Shown here: positions 1 to 12,945 of the stretch, one piece after another
How the letters are laid out: the number at the start of each line of letters is the position of its first letter
Position numbering within the stretch: the stretch's first letter is position 1
From: Podarcis liolepis
Lineage: Eukaryota
Direction: 5' to 3' (one strand)
DNA: 64,000 nucleotides
Assembly (NCBI GenBank): GCA_965112155.1
Contig: OZ218100.1
Position numbers and translations under genes: made by a program
Notes under the pieces: model-generated
Database searches by the model: none
Told to the model about the DNA's origin: nothing
What the model saw: only the letters and a program-made list of their open reading frames with translations

Positions 1-392
1 TTTTTTGCTTTTTGTATAAGTAACATGGTGTCCTCATATGGTGCCATGATTATCCAAGCAACGTTACCTGCCCTCCTTGGTCTTCCCTGGTGTTTCCCTT
101 TGATCACCAGAACTCTGAGGCATGGGAATAGATCAAGTAGCTAGAACTCAGCCCATGATGGAGGGAAGGTCTTGCCTTGCTGGAAGTTGCCAGGCAACCA
201 ATTTTCCTGAGGACCTTGAGCAAAGGAAATTGAGGTGAGCAGCTGGAACTCCCTCATCTTACGAGGGAGGCAAGTCTCCCCTTGCTGGCAAAAAATAAGT
301 CAGAAACAGTAAATTCCATTTGGGTTTCTGCTGGTACAGTTCGACTGGTTGGCAGAAAGCCACTTTTTATTTGTAGGTATTGATATTCAACA

Positions 393-755
393 GGGACGCG
401 GGGGGCGCTGTGGGTAAAACCTCAGCGCCTAGGACTTGCCGATCGCATGGTCGGCGGTTCGAATCCCCGCGGCGGGGTGCGCTCCCGTCGTTCGGTCCCA
501 GCGCCTGCCAACCTAGCCGTTCGAAAGCACCCCCGGGTGCAAGTAGATAAATAGGGACCGCTTACCAGCGGGAAGGTATACGGTGTTTCCGTGTGCTGCG
601 CTGGCTCGCCAGATGCAGCTTGTCACGCTGGCCACGTGACCCGGAAGTGTCTGCGGACAGCGCTGGCTCTCGGCCTATAGAGTGAGATGAGCGCACAACC
701 CTAGAGTCTGGCAAGACTGGCCTGTACAGGCAGGGGTACCTTTACCTTTTACCTT
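393..755 (+). mobile_element. Sauria SINE (Squam1-type, RTE/BovB-mobilised), full length
   Basis: Head GGGACGCGG...GGTTCGAATCC (B box) and (ACCTTT)n tail; 15-bp TSD TATTGATATTCAACA at 378-392 and 756-770; similar to copies at 6563 and 52696. Confidence 0.9.
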
Positions 756-2509
756 TATTGATATTCAACACAAGATTTCCTTGTTCCCTAGCCTCACAAA
801 TATGTTTTTTAATTGTTTATTGTCCGAGTATTGTCTCCATTGCAGCAAGCTTGCATCATGATGCCTCACTTTGAGATGAAAAACACTTTAGTGAAAACTC
901 CATATAGCATGAGACTTGGTAGAATTAAAACATTTGAAGTTTTTCACTTAGTGACTACTGCCATTTTCTGGGAGGCTTGGGTATTATTTATATTAATATT
1001 AACAGTGAGAGGCACTGAAGGTAGGCTAATATTTGTGGCACTATAACATTGCTATTGCTATTTCAATATTGTATTAAGGGCCAATGGCTCATATTTAGAT
1101 CACAGCCAATATTGCTAGGCTGATACAGATGTAAAGGAAGAAACAGTGTCTCTGAAAAGTATGATATAAAAAAGGCAGTAATAAAAGTAGGCAACACTAA
1201 CAGAGCAATCCTGTCCAAGTTTACCCTGTAGTTAATTAGCATTTTGTTCAATGGGGTTTGTTCCCAGGTAAGTGGCATAGCATTTCCACCCAATTATGTC
1301 ATCAGGTGGTGAGAGGAAAAGGTATTATTTTGTTTCTTTATTATTTCTAGCCCACCCTTAATCATAAATGATCTATGGTTAGGGCACAATAAAACATTTA
1401 AAAACCTTAATAATACCATAAAACAAGAGCAGTTAACAAATCAATACCGAGCGCTACCACAGAAATAACTATATCTTAACACAGTCTGGATAGCAATACT
1501 TCACAAATGCCTGAGCAAATAAATGTATCTTCACTTTGCTGGGAACAAAACCAAAGAAGAGAAGGCAGCAGTCATTTCCCAAGAGGGAGGCCATTCCACA
1601 AATGGGGTGTCACCACTGAGAAGGCCTCCCATGTCACCAGGTAAGAAATCTCACCTAGCAGTGGAACATCAAGAAGGCCTCCTCTCAGCTATGATGGGGT
1701 ACATTTCTGGACTATTTTAAAAGCAGAAACTAATGTTGGGAAAGCAAGTCTCCACTTTCAAATATTCATGTCACTGACAGACATTCAAAGATTTCTGAAT
1801 TTGAATTTTGAATCAGATTTGATGACTATCACTTGAGACATTTTTCTAGTTTGGGGATATATCTTCAGTGTTTGGGGGGTCTATATGTATCATTGTTCAA
1901 ATTTTGGTGAAAAGGCCTGAATTTTTGTCCCCACAAATGCATATATATTTAACATTAATTTAGCCCCAAAAGTCCTCAAATCCAGCCCAATCTACTCCAC
2001 ATTGGACATAATATGACATCCGATGTGGACTATGAAATGCCCCCTATGAGAATTCTAGCTATTCCCTCTTTATTTGTAATGTGTAATTGGCACATTCCAG
2101 TGTCAATTAAAAATATTTCTTATTTAGATGCACCTTTCAAAAATGCGCTTACAACTTATGGTATTTATATCCTTCTAACAGTTGCTTGTTGGTTTCAGTA
2201 TTTGCTGTTGGTGGTTGCTCTCTACTTTTTCACTTTTTTCTGTTTGTGTTCGTTCTTTATTTAAGTTAGCTAACTTGGAAGCTCCATTGTGGAGCTAAAT
2301 GGTGTAATACAAAACTTTAATTTGCTGATTTCAGACAATTATTATTTTATTTTATTATTCATTAAGTTTATATACCGCCCTTCATCCAAAGATCACAGGG
2401 CAGTTTACAGCATAATTATCCAGAAGTAACAACTTGAACTGAGCAACTGCATTAATTTTATAATGAATGATTTTAGAGTGTTGTTTATGCTATACTTTTA
2501 TACTGTTTT

Positions 2510-2567
2510 ATTGTTGTTAGCCGCCCTGAGCCCGGCTTTGGCTGGGGAGGGCGGGATATAAATAAAA

Positions 2568-2608
<41 letters not shown>
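2510..2608 (+). repeat. L2-type 3' tail fragment ending in (TAT)n microsatellite
   Basis: GTTAGCCGCCCTGAG...GGGCGGGATATAAATAAAAA followed by (TTA)n. Confidence 0.55.
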
Positions 2609-3235
2609 CCCAATTCACTCTAGATATCATGGGTCTGTGAGATATATCTTAAAAGAAAGCACAGACTGCTATTGTGCGTGTTCTGTATTATACTGATTTT
2701 TATGCTTATAACACAAATGAGAGGAAACTAATTCGGTGAGGCAGGATGTTCAGCTCAGCAATCATTAATCCGGATAATCAGGTATTACAAGAAGTGAGTA
2801 AAAAGCTGAAGAGTAGCCTTTCCAGATTTCTTAGGACTCAAAACACTTCCACTTGTGGCTGACATCATTTGTCATGGCTAGTGTTTGCACGTGTCCCATT
2901 TTTAAGCTTGGGCTTTAACAAGCGTGATAAATCAAAGGCGTGCATGGACTAGAGTAATGTCTTTAACAACTAAAGTTGTTTGCACAGTGTCTGAAAGGTG
3001 ATCCTATATCTGTCTGACAGGTGATCCTACATACATGTTCAGGCTTTCCACAAGTTCAAGAGCACTGCACGATTGAGATTTCCAAGCATGTGGAGAATCT
3101 ATGTATGTACAAGTGTTTGTGCATCTCCTTTTCTTTCAGCACAGACATGGGGTGGGGGACAGTGGGCATGGTAATATTGGGAGCAGCCGGGCTAGACAGA
3201 TGAGATCCTGCTCACCTCTTTTGTATGGTTCCTAC

Positions 3236-3366
3236 AAGTGCTATTTTTCTAGAAAAAGAGGTGCCGGAACTCACCATGAACTCACCCTTGTTCTCTTATA
3301 ATGGCAATGGCACCCACCTGAGGTGCCAGAACTGAGTTCCCGTGAGTTCCGGCTGAAAAAGCCCTG
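3236..3366. mobile_element. Short non-autonomous hAT-like MITE
   Basis: 8-bp direct repeat GTTCCTAC at 3228-3235 and 3367-3374; imperfect termini AAGTGCTATTTTTC / GAAAAAGCCCTG; internal GAGGTGCC(G/A)GAACT repeats. Confidence 0.65.
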
Positions 3367-3718
3367 GTTCCTACACACAGGAGGAACAAGTGAATAGGGC
3401 TCCTATTTCTTGTGTCAAGTAGATTGTGGAGAGATGGAGTTGTATTCAGTAGATTCCATGCGCAGGATTCAACTAATGCTTCATTCTTGTGGAAACCTAT
3501 GCAAGGACTTCTGCAAGAGCAATGGGATTTCCCCCACTTCTATGCAATTGGCTTGGGATAGTGTGAAGAGCACACTGAGAAAAGCATGGAAGGAGATAGG
3601 GATCGTTCTGTCTGGCAACCTGAATTTTTTTGTGCTGACAGAACGATTGCCATAGACCTTTAAAGTATTGAACTCCTCCCACTGAAATGAATAACCCTAA
3701 GTTAAGTCATGTCTATTA

Positions 3719-3930
3719 CAGTGGTACCTCGGGTTACATACGCTTTAGGTTACAGACTCTGCTAGCCCATAAATAGTGCTTCAGGTTAAGAACTTTGCTT
3801 CAGGATAAGAACAGAAATCATGCTCCAGCGGCACAGCAGCAGCAGCAGGAGGTCCTATTAGCTAAAGTCGTGCTTCAGGTTAAGAACAGACCTCCGGAAC
3901 GAATTAAGTACTTAACCCGAGGTGCCATTG
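3719..3930 (+). mobile_element. Tc1/mariner(pogo/Tigger)-type MITE, family A
   Basis: TIR CAGTGGTACCTCGGGTT...AACCCGAGGTGCCATTG, TA on both flanks; related copies at 15503, 25564, 29095, 55284, 63435. Confidence 0.85.
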
Positions 3931-6562
3931 TAATTTCAATGGGTCTAATTCTGAGTAGGAATAGCATTTGATACCATCCAAAGTTATTATATCTTATATA
4001 AAACCATAGAGTTGGAGGGGACCTTTTAGGCTTTCTGGTCCAAGCTTTGCTTAGTGAAGGAACTACAGAGCTGCAGCCTCTCCTTAAAAATGTTCACTGA
4101 GGGACAGCCCACTTCCTTTCATTTAACAGATCAGTTAACAACTGAATGTTAGATTGACACCAACTCACAGCTGCTTCTGATAATACTTGTTGCTTTCACA
4201 GGAGGGCACTCACAAATCACTCCCATTAAAAAACATGGTAGACATTCTGTGCCACAGACATTATTTGTTCTGAAATTTGCAACTTTCTTCTGGATTTGTG
4301 AATGGTATTGGCGTTACTGTTTTCGTCAGGGAAATTACTCTCCTGTTATTAGAAAAGGTGATCTTGGGATTCAGCAGTCAACAGATGCGGTAACATGATA
4401 CCACTGTGTGCTGGTAAGGTTTTCTATCAAGACTCTGAAAAATCCAAGAGCATAAAATATCAAAAAACTAGTGTGATACTGCTAAGCAGGTAGGACAGAA
4501 GGAAACAGGATCCATGGTGAATATGCCACACTCATTCCCCAACCAAGAGAAATCTAGTTTTGCCCTCTAACAGATTTTATCTGGGATGGTGTTTATGCAA
4601 GAATTATAGTGCAATCAAGGCAAAACTCAATTATGCTTATTGTTGTTCAATCCAACAAATTTGCCGTGCTGGATTATGTATACTATAAGTTAGGAGAGCT
4701 AAGTGTGTGTTTTTTTAAACAGAAGACAATTTACAACATGCAACATCTCCTCCAGGCTGTCATTGCTTATTGCTGCAAAGATCCCACCATGACTTTGCTG
4801 AAACCAATTTTACAGGATTTTGCAACATGTCAAGCAATATCCTGAAATAGCAATAACAAGTACTGTACCTAGAACAATGACTAAGACTTTTACAGCAGAT
4901 TAAGGAGCATAAGACTATCAGTGGCTACTAGTCATGTTGCCTGTGTTCTACCTCCACTGTCAGAAGCTGTATCCTTCTGAATGCCGGTTGCTGGGAAATA
5001 CTAGCAAGGAATGATTGAGAGCAACACCATGGGAAGGGTCTTTCCAGGTATCCCAAACCCCTGCTTTCGGAAGCCTTGTAATATGCCACTGTAGGAAAGG
5101 GGCTGCGAGCAGCATCATGGGAGGGTCGGTTTGGACTTCTCCATGGGAGAGGTTTCAAGGAAAGAAGGTGAAGCTTTCAAGCTCTCTTGTTGTTTCTGCT
5201 GTTATGCTATTATATTTGCAGCATTGAAATGTTCTTTGTATGATGCTTTATATGCTATTATAGTGCTGTTTTATTAGTATGATTTTTTTGTGATTGTCGT
5301 TTTTGAGACGCTGCTCTTTTTGTTGTAAATTGCTTTGTGCATGATTTTTGTGTGTGCAAAGGTGGCATAAAAATTAATTATTATTATGAGAGTGATGTTG
5401 CTGCACTCAGGCTCTGCTCGTGGGCTCCCTATAGGCATCTCGTTTGCCATGAAGAGAACAGGATACTGGACTAGATGAGTCTTTGGCCTGATCTAGCTCG
5501 GCTCTTCTTTTGATTTAAATTTCAGTGTAACTATTGCTCAGAAACCCATTCCATTTCAGAGACACCCTCTAACTCCAGTGCTCATGCCAGGTTATTTTAT
5601 TTTATTAAAATGCTAAATCAAGCATAGAACAAAATAATCACAGAAAACAGGTATTAAAATATCAAAGCAGAGACCGGGGTGGGGGGCGCAGACATCAGTA
5701 ATGTACTCTAGACTTTCAATATAATACAAACTATAACAAGTCTATACAAATAAAAACACCATTCCTTATTTTCAGGGGGCAAGGTGGGTTTCCATCACAC
5801 CATTGTCTGTGAACCTCTGCACATATTCCTACTCTATTGTTTTATCCACAGCTCATACCAGTTTTAAACCTGTATCTGAATCTTATTTGAATTAATAGTT
5901 TATTCATCAACAGGGCACTTGCGACTTTCTGCCTCATAACTTCAAAGGATAATAGTTTGTCTATTTCCCATGTCGACAACATTTGAGCGATTATTAAAAT
6001 GTCCCCATCATGTTATTTCTTACTTGTCATTTTAAAGTGAAATTCTCCTTCAAAGTTAAATTAGCTAGAACAGAAGCTATATGCATTCTAGTAAATTCCA
6101 TTTTTTATTATTTCAGCAAGCCTACCTAAACATATAATCTATTTCCACAGAGGTGTGTCTGAATTTATTATGCATCGAATGCTGAAGATGCACCTCTTCA
6201 CTCTAGCCTTTAGAGATACGGTATATTATTAAGGACCCACCCTATTCCTGGCTGTACTTTGTTTTAAATTGTTTTTTTAATATTGCATTGACAAACCACG
6301 GTAAGCTGCCTTGGGACCTTATGGTGAAGTGCAAGTAAGAAATTTAAATCGTCATCATTTTGCAGAGTGGTGTGTTCGCTCTGTGTTTGGACACCTCATA
6401 AGATGTAACCTAAATGTGCATGGTTTTCATCTGTGAGGATGCAACTGCCTGCCATTTTGAATCAAGAAGGTGGACCCAAAACTTTCAAAACTGCACTGAT
6501 TTTTTGTTTTATTAGAATTCCAGAGCAATGCAAGTTATGAGGGTGCTAGTAATAACAACGTT

Positions 6563-6924
6563 GGGACGCGGGTGGTGCTGTGGGTAAAACATCAGCGCCT
6601 AGGGCTTGTCGATCGCATGGTCGGCAGTTCGAATCCCCGCAGCGGGGTGAGCTCCCGTCTTTTGGTCCCAGCTCCTGCCCACCTAGCAGTTCGAAAGCAC
6701 CCCTAAGTGCAAGTAGATAAATAGGTACCGCTTTATAGTGGAAAGGTAAACGGCGTTTCCGTGTGCTGCTCTGGTGCCGGTTCACCAGAGCAGCTTCGTC
6801 ACGCTGGCCACGTGACCCGGAAGTGTCTCCGGACAGCGCTGGCCCCCAGCCTCTTAAGTGAGATGGGCGCACAACCCTAGAGTCGGACACGACTGGCCCG
6901 TACGGGCAGGGGTACCTTTACCTT
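6563..6924 (+). mobile_element. Sauria SINE, full length
   Basis: GGGACGCGGGTGG head, GTTCGAATCC B box, GGGGTACCTTTACCTT tail; near-identical to reverse copy at 52696-53063. Confidence 0.9.
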
Positions 6925-7569
6925 ACATTTCTTTTAAGTTTTTATTTTATTGTTTTTAAAATTTTATTATGTATACTACATTGATTAAATGATTTATAAA
7001 TCCAGCGGCAGACTTGGGGGTCTCAAATTTCTGTGGTGCCTTGTGCAATGCTAAAATTTGGCCTGCCCATTCTACATTATTGTTGCACCGACCCTTGCAG
7101 TGCCAGAGCCCAGTGCAACTGAACTGGTAGTGCTACCCTAAAACCGCCTCTGAACAATCATTCTAAATACAAACACATCTTTTCTGAATTATAGAGGATT
7201 AGGCAGAATGGCTGCAATTAGGAACTAGGAAAGCGAGGACACACCCTTTTCCATCCTGGGAGGCCCATTATATATGACAGTTATAAAGCTATTGATGCTG
7301 GATCAAGGTTGGCGCTGTAGGCAGCAATAAGACAGAATTTGCAGCTGTTGCTCCAGAAAAAAACAACGGCCTATAAACCACCTAAGAATCTGTACTTAAA
7401 TATACCAAAAAGAAAACACATCCCTTGGGGAAGTTGCACAACACCCCAGAACGATGTCTTAAATCACGGGAATATTGTTAAGCAATGCAGTTATTAATGT
7501 TATTACAAACGTTCAAAAAACGCAGTGGCAAATGATAAAACAATAACGGGACCTTCCTTTCGTGATGAA

Positions 7570-8460
7570 AATAAAGGAATCGCATTGAGGCAGCACCAGG
7601 CCGAGGCCTGAAAGCCGCATCCTTTGACCCGAAGCGACTGCCTCCGCTCCCGTATAGCGGGGTGGACAGGCTAGGCTGCGATGCCCCGCCGCGCGGAGGG
7701 GCAAAAGCGCTCTGTACGTGCTCAGAGGCGCGGCTCGCCTTTTGGCCCTCCTCGCGTGACACCGAGTGAGAGACCCCGACACGGAGAAGAAGAGGAGGAG
7801 GAGGAGGAGGGGGCCGAGGCGGAGTTGCGGGTGGGGAGGGGGCGGCGAGAGAAAGAGAGAGAAGCAAGTAACATGTTGGGTCATGTGGTTGCGTCACGTG
7901 AAAGGGGAGTCAGGCCCAGCAGCAGCAGCAGCAGGACCGAGAGACAGAGACACAGACAGACTCTGGACTCCGGGCTGGTTGGGGAGGAGCAACGGCAGGC
8001 AGACGGGGCTGGCGGGGCGGAAGCCACACAGGACGAGCTCTAGTGGCTGCCGCCGGCGCTGCCTGTTTAGTCTGCTGCGCCCTGGACGGAGGTAAGGAAT
8101 TGGCCTGTCTGTCTGTGTGTGTGTGTGTGTCCCATTTTCTTTTAACTGCATCCACCCACCCTATTAGCTGCTATGTGGACACTGGATCCCTCTCTCTCTT
8201 TTCTTTCTTCTTCTCTCTCCCCCCTCCTCCAATTGCATTCCCTCCTGGCGGTATGATTCTCCCTTCCCCGCGGGAGGAGGATGCAGGATCTCTGTGTATG
8301 GGCGGGAGAACCTCGTCAGGGCTGATGTTGGTGCCTATAAAATCCTGCCCATCTCCCCTCCATGTCAGATCAGATGCTCCGGCTGCTTGTGAATGTTGAG
8401 GTATTTTATTTGTTTGTTTTTCCTCTCGCGATGGAGCAGGGCTGCTTCTCGCTCGGCAAG
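7570..8460 (+). promoter_or_regulatory. TULP4: CpG island / probable TULP4 promoter
   Basis: Dense CpG and high GC against a CpG-poor background; overlapping half-CRE/E-box TGCGTCACGTG at 7890-7900; GC boxes; followed by a strong splice donor; next recognisable coding sequence on + is TULP4. Confidence 0.7.
7760..8091 (+). other. TULP4: Putative non-coding first exon of TULP4 (5' boundary approximate)
   Basis: GGAG|GTAAGG consensus donor at 8091/8092 at the 3' side of the CpG-dense core; the TSS cannot be placed from sequence. Confidence 0.6.
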
Positions 8461-10278
8461 AGATTTCGTGTGGCTTTATTTTCATTTCCTCTATTATATT
8501 CATTATTATTAATTTTTTTTAAAGGAGAGGGTGGGCGAGAAGAGCGTGGGACCACTGAAAGCAGCAAAAATACAGGCTGCCCAGAGGTGTGGGGGTGGAG
8601 GCGATTGGGGTCGGGGTGGTGGCTGTGGCGGGTGGGTGGGTGAGTAGGAAGGTGGCTGTGTGTTGTTGTGTCATGCAAGGAGCCAGGTGGCTTCTGGTTT
8701 GTGGTTCTTTTGTTCTGATGGACCACCTTATTTTGCCCCCCCCCTTCAGGGTGCGCTGTTTTTGTCTACAGTCTTGCCTGCCAACTAGCCAGCCATCCAG
8801 GAGGCTATGTAGGAAAGGAGGCAGTGACTGGAATGGAGCCCCTTGTTTTGCTTGTGGTGTAGGTTTGCAGCAAAACCACCCCTCTTTCCTCTTCTCAAAC
8901 CCCTTCCCTGTGCTTCCTTCCTATGTGTCTTGCCATTGAATGAATTTTTATTTTCTGAACCTTCCTGTGTAATATAGCTTGCTGGATGGAATATACAGCA
9001 TTGCTAAAGATGGACCTGGCAGTAGCTGCCAGCTTTAAGGACAGAAGAAAGAAGGAGAAACAGCATTAGTTATTGTCTGAAAAATACTGATGTCATTTAC
9101 CTGTAGTGCTGGACTTATGGCTAAGTCTTGTTTTGATCTGGATGTTTTTGCTACCGTGTTCCACTTCTTACAAATGATGCTAATTTATGCACAATTTGAA
9201 AATGGGATCACTAAACCTTTTACCTAAAAAACTTAGGAGATAGGGAACAAGTAATCAATAAGGTCCTGGGAAAAAGATTCTGTGAGCTTTTTCTGCTACT
9301 ACAACTAATCAGACAGTGTGATAACTTTCTCAGCTCTAGGTTAATAGGCAAGATCTCCAGCCCTGTCATTTTCTTTCTAATGCTTGTTTATTTCAAATAT
9401 AAAGGAGAGTTGGTGATGGACTTGCCAGGTTACCCCCCACCATAGCTGGTACATATATCTGTGTTTAGTTATTCTTGCAAAGTGCAGGAATAGTTTTGAC
9501 TAGGTAGGCAATAGGATGTAAAGGGAGAACTGTTGGCCATACAACTATATGTTACGTAGCATGTTTCACTGGCAGGTCCATTTTATCATGCTGAAATTTG
9601 TCTGCCCAAGGCATCCCTTTCTTAAGCCACATGCTGTGCTCTCAAATGAGAGGCTTTGGTGTTTGTATTCTGATGGGGTTTGCAACATCAAAAACCAGAC
9701 ACTGGCAAAATTAGTTTTAAATGCCAGCCTTTGCAAGACAAGTTTGTGAAGCGGAAGATGCTGAACTAAAAGCTTCTCATGCTTCCTCATCCCTCCCACT
9801 TAATCAGATTTAAACGGATGGTATCAAAATAAGAAAAGTAGCCCTATCATTTAGCATAGTATGGTTGCAAGCTCTGAAAATTATTTCATGTTCATGATTC
9901 TTCTGATGAGGTTCCTAGAGTTTTCTAGTTTTACTAATATTTCATTTACATTGATATTTTCTTTAAATAAAAATAATTTTAAAAATAAGATTAGGTTTAT
10001 TCATCATAGTTTTGCATAAACTCTAGCTGAGAACTAGAATAGCATATGGATTAAGAATCAGCTGTGGGCTAGGACAGTCCCAGTTCACATCTCACCTCTG
10101 CTATGAACTTAGCAGACAACTAAGCTACACTTCAGGCTCAGTGTACTGTCTGTGTTATGAGGATAATAATACTGGAGTATGATGCAGGGCTGTTGTTCAC
10201 TGAGCTAGGAAATGTGCTATCTAAATATATTAGTATTATAGTAGTAATAATAATGACTGCCTTATTATTGATGTAGAT

Positions 10279-10412
10279 CAGGGCTTCCCAAAGTTGGGTC
10301 TCCAGCTGTTTTTGGACTACAGTTCCCATCATTCCTGACCACTGGTCCTGCTAGCTAGGGATGATGGGAGTTGTAGTCCAACAACAATTGGAGACCCAAC
10401 TTTGGGAAATGC
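10279..10412. mobile_element. hAT (Charlie/Buster-like) palindromic MITE
   Basis: CAGGGCTTCCCAAAGTTGGGTCTCCA...TGGAGACCCAACTTTGGGAAA inverted ends; internal GGACTACAGTTCCCATCAT/ATGATGGGAGTTGTAGTCC arms; same family as 16899 and 27280. Confidence 0.75.
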
Positions 10413-11408
10413 CAATCTCGAAAGATAGAGAAAGAGGGAATTGCGGGAATATTTACTGCATCGCGCCCTAAGCATAATGTCCCAAGTAAAATCATAAGAG
10501 GGTGACCGTGTGGCCACAACAACGTGGGACAGAGAACTTCTGTGCTGTAAAGGATTAGGTAGAAGACAATGTGCTGTTGGGACAAGGTGGGTTGTGGGTG
10601 GCAATATTGCAATCCCAGAGGGCATATTTTCCAGGTCAGTACACTGAGATTAGTGGGAAGAGTTGGGGAAAGTGGAACTTGAAGTGTAGCAGGCAGGACA
10701 TACTACCCTTCTGAATAGGCAAAGGCAAAAAGCAAGGCTTCTGGTATGTAGAAGCAGACCTGGCCAGTGGAGAGGTATCATCCTGCCCACCAACTGCAGA
10801 AGCTGATGTTGCACAACTCTATTCTCCCACACGAGAAGAGGTATCTGAGGCCTAAACACATACAATCCTTAGTAGTTCTGTAGGATGTGTCCCAGCCTCA
10901 CAACACAGTGTTCCTGGTTTAAGTCCATGGCATGCTATGATTGTATCCAGTGTATTATTTTATTTTATTTTGCCTGCCTGTGTTAGCCATAGTTCTCCTC
11001 ACCTTTCTTCCCCTTTACCCTATATCGAGTGGGCTGTTCTATGCATGGTTGCCAGAGTCTCACGAGACTATGAATTTCATATTACATGTCGTGCATCTGC
11101 AAGCTAGTACCATTGTACAAGGGCGAGATGATAGTCAGTGTGATCTGACATTCCAGTTAATGTTCTTCTCACATGAATTCCTCTTGATCTGACGTATTGT
11201 CCTCCAGCTGTGGTTGGACTACAACTCTCATCACCTCTGTGTGGGGCTGGTGGGAATTGTAGTCCAAGAACAACTGGAGGGCACCATGTTGGCTCCCCCT
11301 GCTCTATTGCAGAGGAAATAGGGAAATGCCTAGTTCAAAAGTTGCTCTGTTAGGAGTAAAGGAGCCTGACTTATACTGAGTCATACCATTGGTCCATCTA
11401 GCTCAGTA

Positions 11409-11658
11409 CAGTCGTACCTTGGCCCCCGAACACCTTGGGAGTCAAACATTCCACCTCCCAAAAGATTGAAAACTGGAAGTGAGTGTTCTGGTTTTCGAAC
11501 TTTGTTTGGAAGCCAAATGTCCGGCGCAGCTTCCGCTATTGTTTCCAGCGCGCCTGCGCAATCGGAAACCAATTGGAAGTCGTGCCTTGGTTTCCGAATG
11601 TTTCGGAAATCGAACGAACTTCCAGAACGGATTCTGTTTGACTTCCAAGGTACAACTG
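11409..11658 (-). mobile_element. Tc1/mariner-type MITE, family B, inserted in an older tRNA-SINE (~11350-11790, - strand)
   Basis: TIR CAGTCGTACCTTGG / CCAAGGTACAACTG with TA on both flanks; reverse complement of the copy at 18804; flanks rejoin to a Squam3-like SINE. Confidence 0.8.
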
Positions 11659-12804
11659 TACTGTATACACTGCATTGACTAGCAGCTGCTGCTTCAGACA
11701 TGGGTCTCTCCAAGCCTTATCTGAGAAGCTTGGGATTGAACCTGAGACCTTCTTCATGCAAAGCAGGTGTCCTACCACCATGCTGTGGCTCCTTGCATTG
11801 TTTGTGAAGAGTTCACCGAGAGCCGATTCTTGTTCATTTTCTTCAAGCAAGGCACAGCAACCTCTAATTTGCCAAATGAAGGGCTAGTATGTGTTAGCAA
11901 GTAGTTCCATGGAAGCTGTTAAATTGCCCCAGTGGCAGCACATCCTTCTGGGCTTGTCATATTAAACTAGTGACATATTGCAAATGTAGAGCAAGCTCAC
12001 CGCAATGCAAATTGAAGTGAACTTCATGTGGCCAGCACCATAATCTGCTCACAGGGCAGCCTAACCAGTTGGCTAGGTAATAAATCCGCCCCCCTTTTTG
12101 CCATGAATCTGTTTTGCTATTCAGGAAAAGGGTTGAAATCTTGCAAAATATCAGAATTGATGGGTCCAGTAAAAAATAAATAAAAAAAATTACAACTTAA
12201 CTTATTCTCTGTCACCGTTATGATGGGCAATCTTCACTTCATAAATGCTGCGTAGAGCAATTTTCAATTGAGTGATTCAGAAAATAATTGGTATGTACGA
12301 ATCAACTTTTGTGGAAGGCAACTGTCAAACACCTAGAAGAGTGAGTAATAGTTACTATTAACTTTCTTATATGTGATTCTACATAGCCTTGTATGTTGAG
12401 CAGCTTTAAAAATGAAATGGAGAATATTTATGGGATGTGGAGAGAGCTCTGTAATTTAGATAGAGTTTGCTTAACTTACACCATCCTTCCTCAACCTGGT
12501 ACTCTCCAGTTACATTGAACCTTGGCATCAGTCACCACTAGGCATTGGCCATGTTGACTAATGAGAGCTATAATCCAAAACAAGAGGACGCAAGAGCAGG
12601 AGAGACTGGTTTAAAGGATGTAAAGTCCTATAAGAGAGCAGCGTTGTGTGCCTCACCAGTACTTTAATTTATCTCTTACATACAAACCTATGTTGTACTG
12701 AGTCAAACCACTGCCTTTCTCATTCAGTACCATATACATTGATTGGCAGTGTAAAGGTCCTTGCTTTTGCAGCTTTGGGGCTAAGTGGTTTGATCACATT
12801 GCCC

Positions 12805-12945
12805 TGGTGGGGAAGAGCTGCAGCTCAGTAGTAGAGCATCTTCGTGTACAGAAGGTCTGAGGTTCAACCCCTGGCATCTCACGGCAGGACTGAGAAAGAC
12901 CCTTGTCTGTAAGCCTAAAGACTGTGGCCAGTCAGTGCAGACTGA
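12805..12945 (+). mobile_element. tRNA-derived SINE (Squam3-like), degenerate
   Basis: AGCTCAGTAGTAGAGCATC...GAGGTTCAACCCCTGGCATCTC A/B-box-like head; similar to 63873-64000. Confidence 0.55.

Noticed and set aside
6546-6890. 114-aa ORF with a near-identical partner at 52736-53086
   Set aside because: Antisense reading frames of Sauria SINE copies, not a gene family
7478-8939. Multiple 80-140-aa ORFs on both strands
   Set aside because: Low-complexity, stop-poor reading frames expected in a GC-rich CpG island; no recognisable protein
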